From: Antedon mediterranea
Taxonomy: Eukaryota; Animalia; Echinodermata
DNA length: 64,000 bases
Assembly: GCF_964355755.1 (NCBI RefSeq)
Contig: NC_092674.1
Span: 20,832,001 to 20,896,000, forward strand
Direction: 5' to 3'
The translations under genes and the position numbers were made by a program. The notes under the pieces were generated by a model. That model was not told the DNA's origin. It ran no database searches and worked only from the letters and a program-made list of their open reading frames with translations. Below are positions 24,559 through 36,900 of this stretch, piece after piece (the first letter of the stretch is position 1; every line of letters begins with the position of its first letter).

Positions 24559-27304
24559 ACAGGATCTTGATTTGGATGTTAGCCAGAGTGTTTCTGAAGC
24601 CGATAGCCTCTCACTTTCGGATATTTGCACTAATGCTATTGAGATAGTGCAGGAGCTATCGGCTAATTTGCGTATTGATGACGTAGAAGTAAGTGTTTGT
24701 TTATTTTATTTTTTTACGTAATATTTATTTTACCGTGTATAATTCTAAAAAAGTAGATTGTGTGTAACCGAACGTGTGTTTACAGCGTTTTACGGCTTCT
24801 GTGTGTTTCTTTCTAATTTATTTATTTACAAAGTGTTTCTGCGTTTACGGTTTATATGCGTTTTCCTTTCTAATTTATCTATTTTTTTTTCTGTATAGTA
24901 CGGTGTTGGTGCTCACACCAAATGTTTGAGATTGAGAGGAAATGTCGAGATTAATGATTCAGTGGAGTCTTCGATTATTGAGGTAACTATCGTTTTATTC
25001 TCTTTACTACTGTTGTTGTTGTTGTACCACGTCTTTTATTTCTTTTTCTTTACCGTTTTATTCTTTTTGTTTTCAGCCTGTACCCATACAATACGGAAGG
25101 GGTATTAATAGAAAGAGGCTCAAAATCGAAGACGGGGAAGAAGAAGAATTTGCCGATATTGATACTGTTGAAGATGAGGACCTTAATCTTGATGAGGTAG
25201 AGTTGATCACTTCTGTAGAATCGTTCAATTAGCTGATAGGTTTAACCAACGTTTTAACGCGACTATTAGCGATTTTTTAGTTAATTTTTTTAATATTGAT
25301 CATTTAAGTTTAGAGGTGTTTCTGCCCACATTGTATCGAATTTTCGAGCATGTCGTCGATAATCTCTGCATTAACGTGCATGTCGACGACATGCTTCGAA
25401 TAGTCATACAGGCTGAGGGGTTAGATTCACCTATCTCTATCCCTTTTGGACGGAGGGGCCATCTTACGGCTGACGTTATTTTTGCAGCCATTATGAAGGT
25501 CCTTCAGTCCAAAACGGATATTTTTATTAATAACAAGTTTAAATTTAACGTTCTCCATATGAGAATGCCTAGGGGTGGGGGCTATAGAAGAAACGGTATC
25601 GACATATTGTTAAATGCTAAAAGTATAATTAAGATTATGAATGATGATAACGAAACTATCTGCTGCGCACGCGCTATTGTTACGGGTATTTCTATGCTCG
25701 AAGACAAAATTAACAACGTAACTAGATGGAATAACGTTAGACAGGGTAAGTGTGAACAAAAAATAGCCACCCTTCATTTACTTGGAGATTCGGGGGTTAG
25801 GGAGCAGACATGCGGCATCGAGGAAATAAAAAAGATGCAATCAAAATTACCAAATTACCAAATTATTGTCATTTCAAAAGACAATTTAAGAGCCATTGTC
25901 TGTAAGAATCAAAGAAATATCAAAAAGAGTGGCAGACTAAAAAAAATGGATTTCTTTCAAATTTTGCACATGGCTATATATGTGTTGAGAGAAATCAAAT
26001 ATGAAGTATTTTTTATTTCACACGTATATTTCCATGGCAAAGGCCAAATTTGTGTTTTTGACAAATTTTGTCCTTTTTTAAGGTTTTTTAAAATGGATAT
26101 TGGTACTACTTTGATGAACGATATTTTTGTTTTGTTCATTTAATTATAAAAAATAATTAGTGTATGCATAATAAAAATGCATTGTGCACCTGTTTCAATT
26201 TTTTTTATTTTTTTTTATTTCATACTTTGGGAGATACCATTTATTTAAAAAGGGGTGTTTTTCACTTTTTTTTAATTGTTCAATGCAACTAAACTTTACT
26301 TCACCATAACGCCCAAAGTGGTGTATTTTTTTAGCTGATTTATTACAAATAGGTAGTTCCAATGTTTAATAATTGATTTCTAAAATAAAATACTGGGGTA
26401 AATTTAAAATCTGCAAGCAGTGTTGCGAGAAACATAGGCATTTTTATATTAAAAAAAACATGGTATATTAGTAAAAACATTTTATTTTCTTTGATTATTT
26501 GATTTGAAACTCATTGGTCAGAAAAATTCTTAATGTTTTATATAGTTCTAGTTGTGTTGTGAGAAAAAAATTTTTTTTTAAATTATAGATTCTGTAATTC
26601 CCAGTTTTAATGTCATTTTATAGGTTATATCCTCTGGAAATTTGAATAAATTATCAGATCGTTGTGAATTTTAATCTTTGCAACAGATTACTCCTCTCTT
26701 ATTTTGAAGCTCCTCTTTCATTTGTTTACTTCTTTTATTTGCTAACCTAAGCAGATCCCACATGCCCATCAACCACCACTTTCGACTACCATCCCTCCCC
26801 TCCCCTCCCCCCACCCCGACTATAACCACAAAAAGATAAACTGCAACACTTTGGTCGATCATCCACTATCGAGTGTCAAATCCATGCATTCAAGCACCAC
26901 CCACACTGCCGCTACTATCGCCCCAATGAATAGACAGATTCAAACTCCTCCATCCCACCCCCTCCCCCTTTCTCCAAGCCCCACCCACCCCAAGTTAAAA
27001 ATTGCAATGCAAAAGATAGGACATAAAGTTAAGTTTTTAGACCCTCGCCTTCAACCTCCTAACTATTTAAAAGTCCTGGATCCACCACTTTTCCCTCCCC
27101 AAAATAGAACCAATCAAAAGTCAATGATATACTCAGGTATGTTAATGCTACATAACAAATATTGAAGCCCTGATTTGAAATTTCATTTCATTTAAGGTCA
27201 GCATGTAAAATATCACACTTTATTATTAAATATTGGTTTTAAATTCTATATTTTTTTAACGGTGATGTTTGGATTCAGTATTAATTATTAATTAATAATT
27301 ATCT

Positions 27305-30300
27305 GATAATTTGCAGACATGGAAAAGCAGTTGTGTGTTGGGTTTGTAAACAAGTAGGACATAAAGCGAAATTTTGCCAAGTTGAACACTGAAAAAATGG
27401 CAAAGTAGATGAAGCCGTAATAAATGTAGCTAAGATGAAGTGTGCTGATGATAATGACATAACATTAAATGAAATTAATATAAACAATGATTCTAGTAAT
27501 AATAGCAGTAATATTGTAAATTCAGGTAACACAAAATCAAGTAAAATGTTAAGTTTATTCTATTGTAATATAAGAAGTGTGAAAAACAAATTATTAGATT
27601 TCAATGTTAGATTTTCTTCTTCGTCTCATGACGTCATTGCTATATCAGAGACATGGCTCGATAGCACAGTATATGATAGTAAGCTTTTAAACAACGATTA
27701 TACAATTTTTAGAAAGGATAGAAATTCTCATGGAGGGGGGGTTTTAATTGCTTGTAAAACATGTTTAAATCCATTTTTATGCACAGATCTCAATGTTGAT
27801 ACACTTGAACTGATTTGGATAGAATGTCATAGTAATATAGGTAAAATTTTATTTGGAGTGTTTTATAGGCCGCCTTCTTCAAATGTTCAATATTTAAATT
27901 CCTTTATTGATAATCTAGATAAAGTTCAAGCAAAAGTTGTTGATTACAAACAGGTATTACTCATAGGCGACTTTAATATTCATGTTGATGTGATCATGAG
28001 GCAATTGAGATATGTCTAAGGATATCAAAACAACGTGACAAAGTTATAACAAAAACTGTATATGCACTAAAAAATGCAGATTTTGAAAAGATGAAAAGCA
28101 TATTAATTAATTTTAATTGGGAAAATTGTTTTATGTTTGAAAATAATAATATTTGGGATAGTATAATGAACAATATAAACAAGGCTATTTCTGAATCTGT
28201 GCCTATTAAGAAAAGAAATAAGACTAAATCATTTTCATGGATTACTACAGAAATTAAGAAACTTTGTACAAAGAAAAGAAAATTATATAGGAAGGCTAAG
28301 ATTTTAAAAACAAATGAAGCTACAGATAGATTTAAGTGTTGTAGTAAGGAACTGAAAAAAGCCATATATTGTAGTCACAGAAATTATGTTCTAGACATCT
28401 CAAATAAGGCTACTTCAAATATAAAGCAATTTTGGGCATATATTAGGGCAATTAGACAAGATTCACAAGTTATAAGTTTTAAGATTAATGATGCTATAGT
28501 AACAGATGCTAGAGAGATAGAAAATTTGTTTAATGATCAATTTTCTAGTAATTTCAGTAATAATGATGATGGTGGTAATGATGACTTGCTCTGCAACTCT
28601 GATATTATCCCTCAGCATTATATGGAACTTGAGAAATTTAATGTGGTGGAAGTTTATCAGGCATTAAACTATTTAATTGTTTCAAAATCTCCAGGACCTG
28701 ATAATTTACTTCCCATATTTCTAAAGGTTTGTAGGGCAGAACTAGCACGATTGTTGTGCGACTTTTTTAACTTATCTTTAGAAAAAGGCATTTTACCAAA
28801 ACAGTGGAAAACTGCTAATGTTGTACCTGTTTTCAAAAAGCATGGAAAACCTAAAGGTGATTTTAAGAGTTACAGACCTGTGTCTTTAACACCAATTGTT
28901 TGTAAAATTATGGAGAAACTTGTGTGTACCCGAATCAATAATTTCTTAGAGGCTAATAGTATATTATCAGATAATCAGTTTGGTTTTAGACATGCTTATA
29001 GTAGTGAATTGTTACTCACTAAGGCGTTTCATTCATGGGCTCAAAGTTTAGATGCAAAAAATTGTAAGCAAGTAGATGTAATTTTCTTAGATTTTTCATC
29101 TGCTTTTGATAAAGTACCCCATAATCGTCTGATTAAAAATCTTAAACAAAGGTTTAAATAAATGGATCCAGGATTTTCTTTTAAATAGAAAACAAAGAGT
29201 TATCTATAGAGGTGAAATATCGCATTGGAAGAATGTAATTTCAGGGGTACCCCAGGGGTCAGTTCTTGGCCCTCTTTTGTTTCTATTGTATGTGAGTGAT
29301 CTTGAATATGGTATAGAATCTTCAATTTTTCAATTTGCAGATGACAATACCATTTCAAGACCTATTCATGAATTAGAAGACTGTATAAAGTTACAGAGTG
29401 ATTTAAATAAGATTTATGAATGGTCAGTTTTAAATAAACTACCATTAAATGCATCAAAATGTGCAGCAATGAGTTTATCCAGGTGTAAAGATCCCATCAT
29501 ATTTGCTTACGATATCAATTCCGATTCAACAGAAAGAGTCCATGAATTCAAACTACTTGGTGTATATATCAACAGTAAATTAACATGCCACTCTCATGTA
29601 GATTATGTTTGTAGTAAGGCAAGCAAACTTCTTGGTTTTGTTTCAAGATGTAGTAAAGCAATGTCTTGGATGGCAATGCTAAATCTTTACAAAGCACTAA
29701 TACTACCTGTTGTGACTTACTGTTGTTGTATGTGGGCACCTACTGAAATATCTCATATGTATAGACTTGAAAGGGTTCAGAGAAAGGCCACTAGAATAAT
29801 TATGTACAGAAAAGAAGGAAATTGGGACACTTCATATTTATATAGGTTAAAGACCCTAACTATTTTAAGTATTGAAGATATATTTAAAGTGTATAGACTC
29901 ACATTAGGTTTTAAAATAATGCATGGCCTCTGTCCATCATCCTTTAATGAGTTTGTGAGATCAAGTGAGAGGTGTGAAGGGCGGTTAATACATTGGAAGG
30001 CAAAGACGAATACATTTTTAAATTCTTCGTTTGTTATTTTCCCTAGAATATGGGAGCAACTTCCCAATGAAATTAAACAATGTGCTACAATTTCAGACTT
30101 TAAAGCCCAACTCATCAAACATTTGATCTCAAAATATTAAGTTGTACTGTAATTGTTTATATTGTTTATTCAATGCAGCTTATTTTTAATTGGTGTATCT
30201 CATTATAACTTTGTTTTGTTTTGTTTTATTTTTACTTAATTTGTGCTACTTAGTTTTGTTATTTTTGTATTTTATAAGTAATGATGGAGTAAGAGCAGTT

Positions 30301-30403
30301 TTCTGTTTGGGCTCATGCCTATTACTTGCTCCTGGCAAGATGAATTGTAAAATGTACTTTATGAACTTTTGCCGAATAAATATTATTATTATTATTATTA
30401 TTA
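27305..30403 (+). mobile_element. CR1/L2-group non-LTR retrotransposon, 5'-truncated
   Basis: End of ORF1 with a CCHC knuckle (CWVCKQVGHKAKFC, ~27336-27377), then ORF2, then a 3' UTR with AATAAA and an (ATT)n tail at ~30377-30403. Confidence 0.9.
27435..30140 (+). pseudogene. LINE ORF2: APE endonuclease plus reverse transcriptase, two frameshifts
   Basis: APE motifs YCNIRS, ISETWL, RKDRNSHGGGV, FYRPP, IGDFN. RT motifs KSPGPD, YRPVSLT, QFGFR, FLDFSSAFDKV, GVPQGSVLGP, QFADD. Breaks near 28000 and 29155. Confidence 0.9.
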
Positions 30404-30630
30404 ATTATTTAATTTCCCTTAGTTATGCATAGCAACAGTTACTATGGTAACTAAAATTGAGATATTCTTTAGATTTTGCATATTTATCTTATACAAATTT
30501 AATTTTAATTTGTAGATTATTAGCAGGCAATGCCTTATTTGCATTTTCAAATTACCGTTTCACAAGGTCATATTCGTAAGCACTTTCTTCTGTGATTATT
30601 TTTATTCATGAAAACCCCATGTTTTATTTA

Positions 30631-31060
30631 CAGCGGCCACCTCCCTTAACGGACGCACTTTGAAAAGCCTGTTTGTTCTTCCTATTTAATTAGTGCATTT
30701 GGTGCTTACCGTAAGCAGCTGCGGGCACCTTTTTATACAAAAAATGAGATTTTTTGTAAGCGGCCAATCGAAAAATGTGATACTTATTGCATGGACCTAT
30801 GAATTAGAGATGCATGTTTATTGTATTTCTTTATATATTAGCTTTATTTTGAAGAGGTTTTAAAAACATTACTGTGAAGAGATGAGAAAACTACACTGAT
30901 TTTGACCGACCATTTTTCATATAATAAAAGTTTTTAAAATTTGTCTGAAAATGCTAAAAAATACTAAACCACCTGATTATAAATAATAATAGGCCTACAA
31001 TTATAAGCGGCCACTTTTCCAGGTCCCGAGGGTGGCCACTTACGGGAGGTTCTTGAACTG
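30631..31060. mobile_element. pogo/Tigger-like MITE remnant inside the Kolobok-like element
   Basis: TA-CAG start, CTG-TA end, repeated AAGCGGCCAC motifs; GTGGCCACTTACGGGAGGT is inverse to GCCACCTCCCTTAA. Confidence 0.45.
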
Positions 31061-34000
31061 TATTTAAACAAGAATATTTCTTACAAAAAACGCTGCTTGC
31101 TTATTGTTATTGCTAAGGTCAAGTCTGGGGGTCACTTCATCAAGCCTAGATACTTCAAGTATCCTATTACAAACAAAAACTTCAATGGACTGTTTTGATA
31201 ATAATTCAATGATTATCTGACAGTGAATTATAGTAATATCATGGGACTCATAAATACCAGAAATGCTTTGAGATTTGTCATTAGACTCTTTTCTCAGCCG
31301 TTTTTTGGATTCAACAGGTGGTACCTATAAATTATAGTCGATTTTCCATTTTAACAAAAATGTCAAAGTGTAGTACTATACTGCTGCTTGATTTCATCTA
31401 ATGAATAAGTCATCTCGTGTGACGTAGCGGGCTAGAGCAGCAATTATCCTTAGTTATGCAAAGAAACAGGTTCTAAGATAACATAAATAATACATTTTGA
31501 CATAACTTGACCCAACAAATAACCCTTTCACAAGGTCAGACATTTTCTGGGATTCAGTAGATAAGTAAATTTGGGAAAAGGTAGTAAAGCTATGTAATCA
31601 AATGTTTGTAGTCATGAAACCCCATATTAAAAATATTGTACTTAGTTAGTATAGAAACAGTTGCTACAATACACTATAGGTAAAATGTTGATGTCATTTG
31701 ACCTCAATATGTAATTTTTTTTTTCATGAAAACTCCATATTTTATTTTTTTTTACCTTTATTCAGATTCGTCAAGACTTTCTTTCTGAGATTATTAGGAT
31801 TCAGTATTTAAAGTAAATTTGGCAAAAAGTAGAAATGTAAAACTATGTAGAAAAAATGTTTTGTATTTATGAAAAACCCCTTTTCGCATAGAAACAGTTG
31901 CTATGGTAAAATGTTGACCTCAAATGAATGAATTTACAAGGTCAAGTTTGTCATTAATGGAATGCAGTAGAAGTAAAATTGAGAAAAATTACAAATGCAA
32001 TCAATTATTTGTATTTATAAAAACGCCATTTTTTACATTTTTTTAAAAATTACTTTCCTTAGTTACACATAGAAATGGTTGCTAAGGTAACACTATAGGT
32101 AAAATATGAAAATTGTTGAGAATTGTTATGAACTATCTTGTAAATGTTGATCAAACATTAATAGTTGTAGTAAAGTGGGGACCTGTCCTGATTTGCATTC
32201 TGACCCCTTTTGACCTTTGGGAGGTCTTTCTGTATCTCTTTACACAAAATAGATTTAAAAATTTATAAAAAAAATTGACGCAATTATTTCCAAGTTTAAC
32301 ATTATTTTCCATCAACTAAATATTTCATTGCAAAATACTGTTTTTCTGGCAATTAATTGAAATAAACCTGGCAACACATTCTCCTATTTTATCTAAACTA
32401 TTCGTATGACTCTAGTAGCATTATGACAAGCCACATATACATTTTATTATTGGATTAGCCATATTTAAATTGTGTTTCATGTGTTTTGTTTGTTGATATT
32501 TTATTATATTTTTTGTATTTCTCGTATTTTCCTGGCAACACAAAACCTATGTACGAAATTTGCCCCAGTGTTTTTTTCGTGATTATTGTTGAAAAACCTA
32601 TTGACTATCAAATTAAAAAACCTCATTGATTTAAAAACACCACTTTGGAAGTTATAGGTACGTTTATGGGGTATACTTTTATAAAAAAAATATTTTTTAA
32701 AAACACCCCTTTTTAAAATAATGGTATCAACCAAACTCCATTTTGTATTTTTTTTTTTTTACATTAAATGGAACTCAATACATGTTGTTTACACTGCTAC
32801 AAACAAAAACTGTATACTGTAAGTATTTTTGGTTAAAATAAGTATACAAGTTTGTACTTTTTCACTATAGAAAATCTGTGAAAATGGCAAAAACATCAAA
32901 ATTTGGATAATTGACCGTTGTCATGGCAACGGAGGCTAAAAATTCAAATGAATGATGTAGATATGCTTTTTAGTGAAATGTCTATTCATGGTAAAAATTT
33001 GAGAGAAATCCATTTTTTTACATCTGCCACCAAATCTTTGATTTTTACAGACAATGGCTCTTAAATTCTGTCATTTTTAGCGGCGATTATAGAAAGAAGC
33101 AGATATATCTTTATCATCATTCTAATCATTACGATCTCATAACCACAATGACAGGTTTTCTAAAATTTGACTATTTCTGCGATAGATGTCATAAGGGGTA
33201 TAATCACAAATACCAACACAATTGTCAATTTACGTGCGTGCTGTGCAAGCACAACGACTGCCCCTCTTCTAATTCTTTTGAAAATAGAGAGAGTAGAATA
33301 GAATGTAAAGAATGTAATAGATTTTTTAAGGATAAGCAATGTTTCACCAATCATAAAAAATCTCCTGATTCTAAAGTTTCAGTATGTGGCAAAATTAAAA
33401 ATTGTTCAACTTGTAATAGGATCGTTCAAAAAGATCACAATTGTCAAAACCGCGTTTGTAGAATTTGTAGGACTTTCGTTTCATACGATCATCAATGCTA
33501 CATGGAACCGGTTGTAGCCCCTAAGCATACTGAAAAAAAGTTTAAGAATCAGGAGGCCCGTAACAGAGCTGTCACTAAATATTTCTTTTTTGATTTCGAA
33601 TGCACGCAAGATACAGGCGAACACAAACCAAATGTATGCGTTCTTCAAAAAACTTGTCTTAATTGTATCGACGGTGCTAATGATTCCTCCGATTGTGACG
33701 TGTGTGGGGAGAAATAAATGGTTTTTCACGGGGGGGTCTGCATGCGAAGATTTCTGCAATTACGTATTCAAAGATTACAAATTTAACGAAAATATTACGT
33801 GTATCGCTCACAACTTCCAGGGTTATGATAGCTACTTCGTGCTCAACTACCTGTACGAAAACTCCATTGTACCGGATGTAATTGCTCGCGGTGGTAAACT
33901 TTTTTCGATTAGGACTAAAGAAACGAGCATTCGATTCATCGATTCCCTTTCATTTCTGCCCATGTCTCTATCCAAATTGCCCAAAACTTTTGGCATCTCC

Positions 34001-34423
34001 GAACTTAAAAAGGGTTACTTTCCTCATCATTTCAATTCTTTAGAAAATCAAAATTACGTAGGTCCTTACCCCGATTCTTCAAATTATTCCCCCGATAAAA
34101 TGACTACTTCAGGTCGAAAATCTTTCTTTAAATGGTACAACCAGAAAATTGAAAGTAATCAAGTATTTAATCTTAAAAAAGAACTCGTCGAGTATTGTAT
34201 CAGCGATGTAGATATCTCAGAAAGTGTTGTCTTACTTTTAGACATCTTTTTTTGAAAGTAACTATATCGCCGAAAAACCCTCTACTCGGCGGTGTTGACC
34301 CCTTTTCAAATAATTTAATCAGCGTGTAACCACGTATTTTCTAGAAATTTTTTAAAACCATCCACCATCGCTCTATTTCCACCATCAGGGTATCTAACAA
34401 CCGTTAACCATTCTCACTCTAGC

Positions 34424-36166
34424 ATGGAATGGCTGTGCTACGAGTCGCATAAAAGGGGGGTCTTTATCCATCATGCCAGAAATGGAGGGGAAAAATTGTT
34501 TGGACCTTACTTTGTCGACGGCGCATGTTTAGAAAACAAAATAATTTTCGAATTTATGGGTTGTTTTTTCCACGGGTGCCAAGATTGTTATAGATCCGAT
34601 TCCATTCATCCCTTCAATAACGAGACCATGTTGGAATGCTTTGTCAAGACAAGCAAGAAAACACGGTTTCTGATGGAACAATTTCCAGATTTCGAATACG
34701 TCGAAATTTGGGAACACGAATGGAAACGGATCAAACAATCGTTGGCCTCAAACATTAAATCTATCGTCTCCAAAGTTCCTTTCATTAGGCAAACTTTGAA
34801 TCCAAGAGACGCGTTTTTCGGTGGGAGGACTAATGCCAGTTGTTTGTTCTATAAAGTAAAACCGGGTGAAGAAATTAATTACATCGATTATACTTCCTTG
34901 TACCCTTATGTAAATAAATACGGTACCTACCCCGTAGGGCATCCTGAAATCAATGATCGCAACGATATGTCCACAGATATCAACGATTATTTCGGCTTGA
35001 TAAAGTGTACAATCGAAGCGCCTAAAAAATTATTCCATCCGGTCTTACCTTATAGATCAAACGGTAAATTAATGTTTGCTCTCTGTAGAACATGCGCCGA
35101 TTCTCAACAACAAACCGCTTGCAATCATTCCGGTACAGATAGAGAATTTACGGGTTCTTGGGCAACGATCGAGGTCGCTAAAGCCGTGGAAGTTGGGTAC
35201 GAGATACGTAAAGTTCACGTAGTATGGCACTTTAAAAATAAAAGCGCGTACTCTGCAGATTCTCCCTCGTCCGGTCTATTTGCCTCTTACATTAACACGT
35301 TTTTGAAATTGAAACAAGAAGCTTCGGGTTGGCCTGAATGGTGTAAAACGTCCGAAGATAAACAAAAATACATTTTGGACTATCGAACCGTAGAAGGTAT
35401 CGACTTGAATCATGACGACATTGCGTACAATCCTGGGCTTCGATCTCTGGCCAAATTAATGCTAAATAGTTTTTGGGGTAAATTTGGTCAGCGTGAAAAT
35501 CTCACAAGAATTAAATATACGCAAGATCCTAACGAGGTTTACGATATTTTATCGAGCCCTGGGATAACCGTTCATGACATAAATTTTGTTAATGATGATC
35601 TGGCGGAGGTAAAATACGAGGACGAGGAACAATTTGTTGAAGTTAACCGAAAGGTTAACGTTGTCATTGCCGCATTTACCACAGCGTTAACGCGTTTAAA
35701 ATTGTACGAGCTGTTGGAGCAATTACAGGACCGCGTCCTGTATTACGATACTGACAGCGTAATCTTCGTATCAAAACCCGGGGATTGGGACCCTCCCCTG
35801 GGCGACTATTTGGGTCAGTTAACGACTGAGGTCGATCCTAAAGATGGTAAATTCATCGAGTCCTTCGTTTCTGGAGGGCTTCAGAACTACGCCTATAAAT
35901 TGGATACGGGGAAGACCGTTTGTAAAGTTAAGGGTTTTACCCTTAACTTTACAAACGCTCAGAAAATTAATTTTGACACCGTCTCCAATATGGTAAGGGG
36001 TGTTGGTCCCGATACAATTAAGACGGTTGAGAAGAATCGCATAACGCGCAAGCCTAAAACACGCAAGATAGTCAACGAAACATCGACTAAAGACTATCGA
36101 ATCGTGTACGACAAAAGAATTATTATCGAAAATTATCGCACAGTTCCTTACGGGTATGTTTGGTGA
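34424..36166 (+). CDS. Longest intact ORF of the pPolB relic (polymerase domain, 580 aa)
   Basis: ORF track; motifs DYTSLYP, KLMLNSFWGKF and YYDTDS. It is the C-terminal portion of the disrupted gene, not an independent gene. Confidence 0.7.
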   Translation: MEWLCYESHKRGVFIHHARNGGEKLFGPYFVDGACLENKIIFEFMGCFFHGCQDCYRSDSIHPFNNETMLECFVKTSKKTRFLMEQFPDFEYVEIWEHEWKRIKQSLASNIKSIVSKVPFIRQTLNPRDAFFGGRTNASCLFYKVKPGEEINYIDYTSLYPYVNKYGTYPVGHPEINDRNDMSTDINDYFGLIKCTIEAPKKLFHPVLPYRSNGKLMFALCRTCADSQQQTACNHSGTDREFTGSWATIEVAKAVEVGYEIRKVHVVWHFKNKSAYSADSPSSGLFASYINTFLKLKQEASGWPEWCKTSEDKQKYILDYRTVEGIDLNHDDIAYNPGLRSLAKLMLNSFWGKFGQRENLTRIKYTQDPNEVYDILSSPGITVHDINFVNDDLAEVKYEDEEQFVEVNRKVNVVIAAFTTALTRLKLYELLEQLQDRVLYYDTDSVIFVSKPGDWDPPLGDYLGQLTTEVDPKDGKFIESFVSGGLQNYAYKLDTGKTVCKVKGFTLNFTNAQKINFDTVSNMVRGVGPDTIKTVEKNRITRKPKTRKIVNETSTKDYRIVYDKRIIIENYRTVPYGYVW

Positions 36167-36299
36167 ATCACTGCAGTAAATTTCTTTTTTAAAATTTAAA
36201 CATACTTTGTTATAGATAATTATTTGTTACTCTTTATACATTCTTTACCGTACTCTCTCTTTTTTTATAGTTTGAACAAAATATATTTGTAGTTTTAAT

Positions 36300-36900
36300 G
36301 TAAATATTTTTATACCTGTTTTAATATAAATAATTTTTATACCCGTTTTTTAAAGTCGAATTTTTGCGGGGTTAAGTAAATATATTTTTAAATATTTTTC
36401 CGCTTGATTTTCTTATGTCGATACCGTTTCTCTTTTTGTAAGTACATATATTTCGTAATTTTAATTTAAATATTTTACCACTTGAATTCTTATGTCGATA
36501 CCGTTTTTCCTTTTTGTAGATTAAGTAAATATATTTTTCCACTTGAATTTCTTATGTCGATACCGTTTCTCTTTTTGTAGATTAAGTAAATATTGTTATA
36601 ACTGTTTTAATGTTAATAAATTTTATACTTATAAAATCGATTTTTGTAGATTAAGCAATATTTTTGTAATTTTAATTTAAATATTTTTCCACTTGAATTC
36701 TATTTCGATACCATTTCTCTTTTTGTAGATTAAGTAAATATTGTTATAACTGTTTTAATGTTAATAAATTTTATACTTATAAAGTCGATTTTTGTAGATT
36801 AAGCAATATTTTTGTAATTTTAATTTAAATATTTTTCGACTTGAATTCTTATGTCGATACCGTTTCTCATTTTGCGGATTAAGCAAATACATTTTTGTAA
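36300..36900. repeat. AT-rich tandem repeat array downstream of pPolB
   Basis: TGTCGATACCGTTT units at ~36416, 36494, 36555, 36705 and 36852; ~148-bp direct duplication at 36575-36870. Confidence 0.75.

Larger units (their letters stand above)
25890..33060. mobile_element. Kolobok-like non-autonomous DNA transposon (7.17 kb including a nested LINE)
   Basis: TTAA at 25886-25889 and 33061-33064. TIR GAGCCATTGTCTGTAA(G/A)AATCAAAGA, imperfectly extending ~90 bp. Purine-purine termini favour Kolobok over piggyBac. Excision restores KDNLNSVIFSG in pPolB. Confidence 0.85.
24563..36166 (+). pseudogene. Polinton/Maverick-type protein-primed family B DNA polymerase (pPolB), disrupted; coding pieces 24563-24688, 24899-24982, 25077-25889 and 33061-36166
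   Basis: N-terminal region LRIVIQAEGLDSPISIPF...VLQS...MPRGGG...CCARAIV...CGIEEIKKMQ. After the insert: YLYHHSNHYDLIT, Cys-rich zinc fingers, Exo I FFDFECTQ, Exo II AHNFQGYD, Exo III YCISDVDI, a VSR-like FVDG...FEFMGCFFHGC segment, PRDAFFGGRT, DYTSLYP, KLMLNSFWGKFGQR, YYDTDSV, KVKGFTLN, TVPYGY. Lesions near 25230, 33715-33725 and 34215-34320. Confidence 0.92.

Noticed and set aside
25890-26143. C-terminal part of ORF 25316-26143 as real protein
   Set aside because: It is read-through into the inserted element after the TTAA; the true continuation is at 33065.
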